From: Takakia lepidozioides
Lineage: Eukaryota; Plantae; Bryophyta
Direction: 5' to 3'
Assembly (NCBI GenBank): GCA_030704615.1
Contig: JAKLZA010000226.1
Span: 1 to 21,294 of the forward strand
Length of the DNA: 21,294 nt
In this document: piece after piece, positions 8,745 through 18,196 of the stretch
Layout of the letters: each line of letters starts with the position of its first letter
Position numbering within the stretch: position 1 is the stretch's first letter
Translations under genes and position numbers: made by a program
The notes under the pieces: generated by a model
Seen by the model: only the letters and a program-made list of their open reading frames with translations
What the model was told of the DNA's origin: nothing
Databases searched by the model: none

Positions 8745-11430
8745 AAACATCCTGAATTAATGGCATAGGGTAAGAGTCCCTTCTGGTCAAACGGTTTACT
8801 GGCCTAAAATCACCACAAAACCGCTTGGATCCATCCTTTTTTGGTGGAAGGGTAACTGGACACGACCATTCTGAACTACTCTCTCTCATCTTGCCTTGTG
8901 AGATCAAAGTCTCAATTTGTCCTTGGACCTCGTCTTCCTCCCATTCTGATAGGCGGCTGGGACGACTTCTGCAAGGGGGAAAACCTTGTGTGTCAATTGT
9001 GTGTTCTACCTCACTGCAGTATCCCAAGTCAGCCTTGCTAAGAGCAAAGCATTCCTGGTTTGCTTTCAGCTCTTGCTCAAGCTCTATCCTATGTTCTGGG
9101 GCCAGTTCTGGGTTGATGTGCAGTCTGGATTTCAGACTTCTCCAACGACTCTCCATTTCTTCCTCTTGACTGGGTTCCCAATTCTTTCCCTCCACCTGGC
9201 TTACAGAGTTAGCCATTCTCTGTCGTTCCTCTTGTGTGACAACCTGATTCCAATCATGGAAGTCATCCTCTATTTCTAGGTTGTTGTTCCCTAGTTCACC
9301 ATTCCAAGCTTTCTGATAAGCTTCCTGTATTATGGCAGCAGCCATGCTCTTATGGGTCTCTTCCTGAAGGAGTTCAGACATCCCTTGGTCCTCGAACAAG
9401 TCCTCCCCTAGGTTGACATCGTCTATTATTTCCTCAACATCCCTCAGTGCTGTTTCTACCTCCTTACTCTCCTCAGAGCCTCCCATCTCCTCATCTTTAT
9501 CAGATTTAGAGGTGTCAGAACCTGAGGATGCTTCCTCCGTGTCCTCATATTCTTCCTCTGGTTTTCTTTTCTTCTCCCACAAGCCTAGGTACTGTTCATC
9601 TGACGTCAGGGTTAGGACATTACCTGCTGACGTACTGCTTGCATATCTCATTCTACTCTCGACCCCTCTATGGTAGGCTGTTTTGGTAACTGCAGGCTCA
9701 TTATAATTGATGGTGTGCAAAGGGAAGTGAGCAAAATCCTTTCCTGGCCCATAGCGTACGCGAATTGTTTCAGCTTCGGTGTCCACTACAGCGCCAAACT
9801 TTTTGAGAAAGTCCAATCCTAGCAGCATGTGATATGTATCCGTGTTCACCACCATAAAGGACAAACGATTGGTTAGTTCTCCTACTTTGACCTTGATGTC
9901 CTCAAGTCTGCCCATTGCAGTCTCAAGAGCACCTGAGGCTACTCTGTAATTCACATCCTTACTAGTAATGACAGATCCCATCAAACCCAGATCCCTGACT
10001 GTACTAGCTGATATTACAGAAAGCATGGCACCAGTGTCAATCTGGCCTAATACTTGGTAATCTCCCATTGTAATCATTACATGAAGCGCTTTAACCTTAC
10101 CAGTATAAGCATACGAGATCGTGGGCTCAGCGTGTGCTGAGTACAAAGGCCTTGGTACATCCTTCACAACTTCTACACTGTGAGTTGTCTCCCTTTGTTG
10201 TACCATTGCTCTTTCCACCACTTTGACCAGCCCTTTCAATTTGTCTAGCTCTCCGGGCACAGTCATGATCAGGTCCATGGGCGACAACGATATTCTCCCT
10301 TTGTAGAAGTGGTTCAAGATTCTGGATTTCGTACCTCCTTCTATAGCATTCTTGAAATTGTTCTTTGGGTAGATTTCACTCTTGGTCTTGCTTGGCTGTT
10401 CACTGCTCTCACTATTCCTTTCTGGTGACCCTGTAGGTTCAACAATCGGACTCTGGACAGGTATGCGTGTCCTTGGAAGTCTGACTTCATTGATACTATT
10501 TCGTGACATCAGATCTGTCATCTCTGCGAGTACATCATCCTCATCATCATAGAACACGTCTACAAAGTTAGTTCCCGGAGTTCCCATCATAGTTTGGTCG
10601 AGTTTTCTACTGCACTCACTCTCCGTATGCCCGAGTAGCTTGCAAAAGTTGCATCTCACACCACACATTTCCGTGGAATGCCCGAACCGGTGACATTTGT
10701 CACACTTAGCTGGGGTTCTTCCTTCAGGACAATATGCAGCTATGTGACCTTCTTTGTGACAAACATTACAAAGGCGAACACGAGGTGGTGTTCTAGATCC
10801 CGAGCTTTCTCCTATGACTGGTCCCCTATCAAAGTACTTCTGTAGGGTAGTGTTCAGCTGATCAAGTCTTCTGTCCACAGGGTTGACAAACACAACTGAC
10901 TCATCTGTATCATCTCCTTCCAATGGTTCTAGAGGTATTTCCCCTAACTTTCCCAGGCCCCTTTCAATCTCAATGGCTGTGTCAAGTGCTTCCTCTACAT
11001 CAAGGAAGCGCCTGCCCAGCATTACTCTTGCTATTTCTGGTCTCAAACCTGCTGCAAATCTACGTCTCTGTTCCAAATCAGACGCCCCACTTCTTATAAA
11101 TAACCGGTTCAACCTATCGAAGTATGTTTGAACCCTTTGTCTACTCTCCTGTTTAATGGTATCCATTCTTAGCCTAATTTCTGCCAAGTCAACGATACCA
11201 AACTTGGCTGAAATTGCTGCCCTGAAGTCCACCCAGTTGTTTGGTCTAGGGTTTTGTTTACGGTACCATTCATCAGCCTTGGCTCTCAGGTTGAGCCTTG
11301 CTACCTTGAAAGTCTTGTCCTCATTCAAATCCCTGACATCTGCCTCCATCTGAATTCTCTCCAGCCAGTCATTTACATCCTCACTATTCCTACCATGATA
11401 AGGCGCATCTATGCTGGTTGGACTGGTCAT
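8745..11430 (-). CDS. gag-pol: Gag-Pol polyprotein, 5' part: capsid-like Gag, three CCHC zinc knuckles, aspartic protease, acidic linker, N-terminal RT
   Basis: ORF 8620-11430. CX2CX4HX4C x3 at 10612-10770. Protease GQIDTGA (DTG 10030-10038) with LLGLDFL. RT start PPKKDGSKRFCGDFRPVN..TRRDSYPMPLIQDVL. The reading frame is lost at ~8742. Confidence 0.94.
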
Positions 11431-11874
11431 CCTTCTATTCTCTAATCAAAGTTCAAACTGTTTCAACACCTAATTCTGACTCTAATTTTTCCGCAACTCC
11501 CTTAATGTTGACCTCTATACCACTCCCACTGTCCATTTCGCAACATCTCTACTCTACCTCCCCATGTCACCTCTCGTGCCATGGTATTTATCTTCACCCA
11601 CCTTCCTAACTCTCTTATCCAAAGTGCTATGGTTGTTCTTCCACCAGTATGAATCACTCTAAGACATAAATCACCATTGGCTATTCTCCAAGCAGGGTTG
11701 AAGAAGTACAAACAAGGGTCTGCGTGTGCATTTGGTGTGCGTCTGCTGAAGCAAATCAGCACATCTCCAATGCTTGGTTCATCAGGAATCAGTGTGTGGT
11801 CTCTTCCTGCCATCAAACCATCCAATACCAGTCAAGATCCCTAGCTAGTAGAAATCAAGATTTAACATCCTAAA

Positions 11875-11886
11875 GCTCTGATACCA
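11875..11886 (-). promoter_or_regulatory. Primer binding site complementary to the 3' end of initiator tRNA-Met
   Basis: Plus-strand gctctgatacca = minus TGGTATCAGAGC, the canonical plant tRNA-iMet PBS, just downstream of the LTR. Confidence 0.95.
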
Positions 11887-14205
11887 AAAGAAGGGGCGTG
11901 AATCCCCTTCTGTGCAAGTCTAGTTGTGCTCTTCCCTAGGTCAATCGGAGGGAAGGAAAGGAGCTCTCCCTCTCAGCTGATCCAACCATCGTCACTCGGT
12001 GTGGGTTTCCATCAGGTCCTTCGTGATCAGAGTTCGCACAATCCTCATCCACGCCGCAGCGGAAGAGAAGACATGGATGGGGAGTCTGTATTGTTTTCAC
12101 CCGTGGTTCTACTTCTACACGACATCCTTTCCCTGATACACTGCACCAGCCATGTTACCATGCGGTCTTCAGTGATGCAACCAGCCCTACGTCAGTGATG
12201 ACCACTGCCCTTGTGGGCAGCTCTCTTGGTCAACAATACGTGGAATCCCCTTTGTAACAAGATCACGATTTGGAAGGCGGCAACGCAGATCTGCCATGAG
12301 TTTGCAGGCCCACCAGTTTGGCCCTTCATGGTTTCATGCTTTCTTTATCTTACCTCCCCAATCATCCATTCCTCATCATAACCTCTTGCTGGTCAACTCT
12401 CTCCCTTGTGTCCTTTTCTCTCTCCCTCTCTCTTTCTTTCAGGATAAGTGGGTTCCTCACTCTTTCCACTGTAACATGCCTATGATGCAATGCAATGCGC
12501 ATTCAGCCAAGCATCCAGTGCACCCAGCATTGAAATCAACCTTGGTCACACAAGATATAATCAGCCCTTTTATCAGTCCCTCTCTTGCCAATGACAGATG
12601 CTTCACACTCCACTTTTCCCAGGTATAACCATTGCCCAAGACAGCTCTCAACCCTTCTACAGGTCTCAATTTACACACCCTGACAGCTCTCTTTTTCCCA
12701 TCAGCTGTGAACCTCAGTGGTTCATGGGCTGAGAGCACTCTGAGAATCAGATCCAAACCCAAACAGATGCTGGTTTTTCTGCCCCATCCACATCATCCCT
12801 TCTTGTTGTTTCCAAACAGTTCTATCTAACCCTCTCTGGTTTCCTCTACCTACTAAGCTAGTTCCACATTGGCTGCAATGTGTCAACATCCCAGGCTAGA
12901 TTGTTTGTACAAACTCATGACGTTGAAACAAGGAACAAGAATACAACAACAGTAACCATTCTGTCCCAGCAACGAGTCTACCCTGTTTCCATTCATTTTC
13001 CTACTGTACAATGTAATAGCAGGTGCATCCATCTCCAGCCCATCCTGATTTGAAGTCCAGTGTCTTCATTCCATTTACAAAGCTCTTTTTCTTCCTCACA
13101 TGTCAGTGTCTCTTACTACATACAAGAGACAGTTCAAACTTCACAAAGCGATTTCTAAGCAACCAAAAACCCAAAAAAGGGGGCGTACACTCCTCAAACT
13201 TATCTGTCTTATACTCCTTGAAGTGGTGGGTCTGCCTGTCAAGAAGGCACCTTATCCTCTCCCTCGTCAGCCATCTCCGACGTTTTCTTCTTATCGTGAT
13301 TCCAGTCCTCATTAAGGCATGACGGCTCTGCTTCAGCTGCTGGCACATCCTTGTGCCTGCCAACCTCTACCCTATCCTTCTACATGTGCATTTCCTCCCT
13401 ATGAGGTGATCTGGTCCTACAGCCCTTAAGACAGAGAGCAGATACATAACTTATTTATAGATAGCTTAAGCGCCATACACACCAGAAGGCGGCACCGCTT
13501 CCTCTTGCACAGAAAGCCAAGCCAGATCCCTCAACGTCACTCTTTAAGGCAAGCTGATTCCCTTACAAAGTGATCTGGTCCTACAGCTCAAAAACAGACA
13601 GCAGCTACAAGATTTGATCACTGACAACCTGAGGCGATAATACACACCAGCCTGCATTTCTCATCCCCCAACACCTGCTGAGCCACTCCATCTCCTCATT
13701 AATGTGCTCACAAATACCATGGCGACAGCAGTGGTGCACCGCCCTTATCACAAACCCGATCCCTCAGGTTTGATCATTGCTTACGAAGAAGGCGGCACCG
13801 CTTCTTCTTGCACAGAAAGCCAAGCAGGAGCTCTTAACATTTCTCTTAAAAGCAAGCTGATACCCTTTGCGTAGGTGGAACCTTCTCAGATATCCTGTGC
13901 TGCCAACACCACTGCAGCAGCTGCGAAAAGATCCACGCACTCTTCCCCTTCGAATTTCACATCCCGCTTCTAGGGTTCAACATCATGGATGAAAATCATT
14001 CATCCTAGGGATGAAAAAGGTGCATGTCATAACTTAGCCATATTTTGTTTTTGGCAGATAAATAGCATAGTCCTTCCATGGAATTACCTCAAGTTATGGT
14101 CAATTCCTCCCCTTCATTAGCACGAAGGGTACTCCCTTTGTAGTAGTGCCGAAACCTGATGCCAAACACAAACTTGAGATTTTTACTCCCTGCATTCACA
14201 CTACA
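11887..14205 (-). repeat. 5' LTR of the complete unit (~2.3 kb)
   Basis: Near-identical to 2970-5288. Starts TGTAGTGTG on the minus strand at 14205, where identity with the other copy ends, and is followed by the PBS. The exact 3' end (11887 vs ~11899) cannot be fixed because both copies are followed by PBS. Confidence 0.92.
13452..13459 (-). promoter_or_regulatory. Candidate LTR TATA box (TATAAATA); second copy at 4535-4542
   Basis: Consensus TATA in element orientation, ~750 bp into the LTR, inside the duplicated U3-side module. No transcript evidence. Confidence 0.45.
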
Positions 14206-14705
14206 TCACACTAACATTACAGACATCAAGACCAAATTTTGAACCCTAAAACATTGAAAAGGTCTGCTCAAACATTGTGCGTTGCCGCACGCTGTTTGAG
14301 CTGGTTTTGAAGGGTTCATTTCAACCTCAGATAACAGACAGCAAAGACCAAATTTTGCACCCAGAAACACCGAAATGCCCAGCTCAAACAGTGTGCGTTG
14401 CCGCACACTGTCTGAGCTGGCAGTGAAGGGTTCATTTCACACTCAGACAGGTGCCCCTGAAGTCCAAATTTTGCACCCATAAACATTGAAATGCTCAGCT
14501 CAAACAGTGTGCGTTGCCGCACACTGTCTGGGCTGGCAGTGAAGGGTTCTTTTCACACTCACACAGGTGCCCCTGAAGTCCAAATTTTGCACCCAGAAAC
14601 ATTGAAATGCTCAGCTCAAACAGTGTGCGTTGCCGCACACTGTCTGGGCTGGCAGTGAAGGGTTCGTTTCACCCTCACATAACAGACATCAAGACCAAAT
14701 TTTGC
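14206..14705. repeat. 116-bp tandem repeat, ~4.3 copies, each with a ~17-19-bp-stem hairpin; interrupted on the left by the LTR
   Basis: ccaaatttt anchors at 14232, 14348, 14464, 14580, 14695 (period 116/116/116/115). Internal cagctcaaacagtgtgcg-ttgc-cgcacactgtctgagctg. Confidence 0.95.
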
Positions 14706-14725
14706 AAGACCAATGGTTCTTTCTT

Positions 14726-15228
14726 TCACAAATACCTGCCATTCAAAGCCGAATTCTTCACAAATATGGGTCGTGTGGATTTTACCTTTTTCGTAGCTAC
14801 TCGAGAAGACTCCCCAGTTGCCGGGGACGCTTTCCGCTTGGGGCTGCTCTCTTCGCCGACTATGTAGGTGAGCCTCTCCCCCTTCCTCTTTCCCGTGGTC
14901 AGATCGTTCGTGAGGCCAGTGTCAACATCTTCCTCCATGTCGTCTGTCTCTCCCTCAGACGCAGTGTCCTCCTCGCCTGTTCCTGGAACTATGGTGGGTT
15001 GTTGTTCTTCTCCAGATTCCTGCTCCTCCATCGCCACACTTTCCTGTATTCCCTCTTCTTCCTCCTTTTCCTCTTCCTCCACTCTTTCCATCCTCATTCT
15101 ATATCTAGCTCTATTCCTGTTTCTAGAACTCGTGAAGTATAATGACTTCCTTCTCTTTCTCCTCCGCTGGAAACAAGGGCTCCCCACGATGCCCCTGGAG
15201 CTCTCCAGTTTGACGTTTGCAACAAGTT
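14726..15228 (-). CDS. Probable exon of an unknown acidic, low-complexity protein with basic NLS-like clusters
   Basis: 173-aa ORF with RRRKRRK, an E-rich tract and PKRK. Candidate acceptor tttttatttttgttacatgcgataccAG at 15230-15229 and candidate donor AAG|GTAAAA at 14785. No recognisable domain. Confidence 0.4.
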
Positions 15229-16037
15229 CTGGTATCGCATGTAACAAAAATAAAAATGGACGTTGTCAACCGTATTTGGATGCGGGTGTTGATATTGTGT
15301 GCGAACGGAATTCATCCATTTTGTCGTCTTTGTATTACCCAGCTAATAAAGCGCCGAAGAAAAAGAATATCCGTTGCATGCATTTGCGATATATGTCAGA
15401 TGTGCTTCGCCGCCTGCCAATACATGGCGGCCTCCTTGCCTTCTTTCAAATTCGAATGCGCCGTAGAAATGTAGTGCTTTTTCAATTCCGAGCAGTTCTT
15501 CCAGATTCGCAATAATTGTTATGCTTCACATATGCATCCACGTGTGTTGTGCTGCATGCCCTGTGGTTTTTTTATGCCGTGACCGTCCCCATGGGGTCAT
15601 TCGGTATAAAGGATTGTGTCGGATATGACCATGTGTTGCACACATTCGTGCGAGGTATCTCTTGAAGTGTCGGTGTTTGTTCTGTGCTATTCTGGCGCAA
15701 CACAATCTCATTACAATCGGATCTTCCTGTTTACTGCTCTCCAGGGTTGTTGCCGTCATTTCATAATGGATGGTTTCATGTCAATTTCAGGGTTTGTTTC
15801 CATCCAAACACAGTACGGCTTCTTGTGGCTCTGGTCTTTCAAAACCGTTTTTCTGGTTGGTGGGAGGTGAATGTGCACGTCATCCCTACATCCTTGGCAT
15901 GCATCGCCGGCAGCCTTGGGTTTGGTGCTACCCTTGTTGACCTCAGTTTGCTGGTGGTATTTCCACTTTCGATAATTACGGGCTCTCAGTTCGGGGATTC
16001 CGTTCTGCATCGGCAGTTTCGTTCAGTGCTGGAAAAC

Positions 16038-18059
16038 ATGTCGAGGGAGCGAGATGCACTCGCTCGATTCCATTCCAATGCAGGTACTCTTCCACTGACT
16101 GCCACTGCAGACGACGATGGGTATGCAGTTGTTCATGAGGATGAGCTGGTTACAGTGTTCCCGCTGGAGTTGGGTTCTCTGCTTGTTCAGAAAGAGGTGT
16201 ATGACGAGGATGGGAATTTGGATTCTGGGCACTTGGAGAAACCCTTGGTTGGCGAGTGTGGAAGGAAGTGGAGAGTCCTTCCAGGAACATACCGTGTCCT
16301 TGGAAAAGAGAGAAGACAATCAGCAGGATCAGTCGTTACCCCTGGCACTGCAGCATCGGTCGTGCAACAGAAGGGCACAGTTCCTGTGAAACAAGAGGTG
16401 AGCACATCCACTACCTTCGTTACTCTTTCGGACTCGTCCTTGGAGGATGTTTCTGAGATTCCTCCGCCAGTGCAAACTCCCTTATTGGATGATGACGAAT
16501 TGCGCGAGATAACAAGTGTCATTCCAAAATTGAAAGCCCTCGCAGGTGTGCCTGGGTGCAAGAGCGAGCTACGTTTTGTTGATTGGGAGTCCCTTCCAGT
16601 GCAACGTGTTCAATACGTGCCAGCTCAGTTTGATGGGGACATCTTGTTTGAGCTCAACCCTCCCACGTCTTCCAGTGGACTGGCTGGGCTTCTGCAGGGC
16701 ATGGACAAGAAACATGACGGACATCCTTGGTGCAGGACAAAAACTTCGAACATCCATAACGACATTGGCTTGAAATTTCGGAGGTCGGTTTGCGTTGGGC
16801 ATTGCAAGTGCCTGAATATTTCTTGCCCTCGGCTGAGAAACAGCGCTCAGCCAAACGAAAGTGAGTGGGAAGGTGTGCCCCTGAATCCTTTCACCCCAAG
16901 GCTTGCACCTCCCAATACCAATACTTTTGTGTGCAGGTTCTGCAAACTTTCCCCGTCCTGTGTTTCTGTTTGCCACGCTCGTATGTATCAGGTGGCACAT
17001 CGATGCAAGACAATGACTCGTGCCTGCATTCATATGGGTGCACACGAGCATCCTGTGTCCAAAGGGAGTTGCAGGGATAGCGTGGACATCGCAAGAAATC
17101 TACTGAAGCAAGAGTTCCATAATGCCCCTTCTGCAACACCTTCTGCTATAGCGCTTGCAGCTAGCAAGGCATTCCTGGAAAAACACATACTGGGTGAAGG
17201 GGATTCGACACAGCCAATGCTGGATGCAGATTCCCTTGAGGCAGTCATGGACCATTTCTCCGTGTTGAGCTCTCCCAATATTCGAAACCAGGTGAATGCA
17301 CTCAGAATGGGCACAGGCACTGCTGGATTCATGGACAACATTATGGACCTCAAACGGAGGAGTCGCTATGAATTCATTCAAAACAGTATGTTCCCTGGCC
17401 AGGGCTCGTCCAAAGTGTATTTGTTCAAGATGTCCGCTGTGGGCCAAGGCAGTGGTGTGAGCATTGTCCGCCGAATGCAACCTGGAGGAGATTTGGCTAA
17501 ATGTTGGTTAATGTTTGATCACTGCAAACGGGTGAAGGGTTGGACAACCATGGCGTGCCATGTGTATGATCCAGCGTACCAGCGTGTGCTCTCCATAGCA
17601 ATTTGTGATATGCAGTCGGAGGACACTGAATCCCAGATGCTCATGTGGAAGTCCCTCCTGACCGTCATGCAGCGCAATGGAATACAGAACACAAACTTTG
17701 CGGGCTTCATGGCTGATAGTGCACAGGCAAATTTCAATGCAGTGCGGCGCGTGTTTGGTTCTGGGGATCCTAAGGTCCCCATGGAAAATAGGGAGCGCAC
17801 ATGCCTCTTCCATTGGAGTCAATCTCTGGCACGTCATACAAAGCGCTGCATTCGCCCTGACCTTCAGTTGGAGCATAGAAGGCTCTGTCTGAAGTACAAG
17901 AATGCCACCTCAATGGGAGAAGCAGAGAGCACTTACCAGGCAATCCGGGCTTGGTGGTTCTCCGCTGGTGCAGCTACAGGTATCCACCTGAAGGAGTTGG
18001 AGGACTGGTTGGTTTTCTGGCACTTCAGGTACAGACAGTGGGGAGCTTTCATGACGACG
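16038..18059 (+). CDS. Mutator-like (MULE) DDE transposase, exon 1: N-terminal domain, GCM-like Zn/DNA-binding domain, D..D catalytic residues, CxxH
   Basis: aaaacATG at 16038 inside the 799-aa ORF. DGHPW..TS..RRSVCVGHCKCLN.SC..CRFC..C.AR..HMGAHEHP (16716-17055). MFD (17517), FMADSAQA (17715), CLFHW (17802-17816). Ends at donor ACG|GTAAGC. Confidence 0.8.
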
Positions 18060-18196
18060 GTAAGCCTCACAAGTTTTCCTTAAACACAAATTGCACTTTG
18101 CATCGTGCCTGTTCATTTGGGGTTGTTCGATTGTCACTTGAATAACCTCTACCATTTCTTTTCCTTCCTCACATTTCCATGCAATGCCTCCTGCAG
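18060..18196 (+). other. GT-AG intron (137 bp, phase 0) in the transposase gene
   Basis: GTAAGC donor, pyrimidine-rich body, ctcctgcAG acceptor. Splicing joins WGAFMTT to DMSLEDLADMPSCNLAE in frame. Confidence 0.85.

Larger units (their letters stand above)
2970..14205 (-). mobile_element. Full-length Ty3/Gypsy LTR retrotransposon (LTR-PBS-gag-PR-RT-RH-IN-PPT-LTR), ~11.2 kb, no chromodomain; possibly Phygy-like non-chromovirus lineage
   Basis: Two ~2.3-kb direct repeats at constant offset 8917. PBS TGGTATCAGAGC and a purine tract are present. Domain order PR-RT-RH-IN is diagnostic of Ty3/Gypsy. The lineage call is inference only (DVDWS RNase H motif, no chromodomain). Confidence 0.96.

Noticed and set aside
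8735-8750. Programmed ribosomal frameshift at T-TTA-AAA between the two pol ORFs
   Set aside because: It resembles a -1 slippery heptamer, but the downstream ORF is in the +1 frame and the break falls inside the RT core. One extra A in a homopolymer (error or mutation) explains it.
14206-14705. CRISPR array or hammerhead-ribozyme array
   Set aside because: The inter-hairpin segments are themselves repeated rather than unique spacers, there are no cas genes and the context is eukaryotic. No CUGANGA/GAAA hammerhead core was seen.
14690-14713. 9-bp direct repeat caagaccaa as a MULE target-site duplication
   Set aside because: It is part of the 116-bp repeat unit and does not flank any TIR-bounded segment.
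15684-16037. Hydrophobic N-terminal extension of the 799-aa ORF
   Set aside because: Starts at a non-ATG codon and looks like 5' UTR/promoter. The first ATG in good context is 16038.
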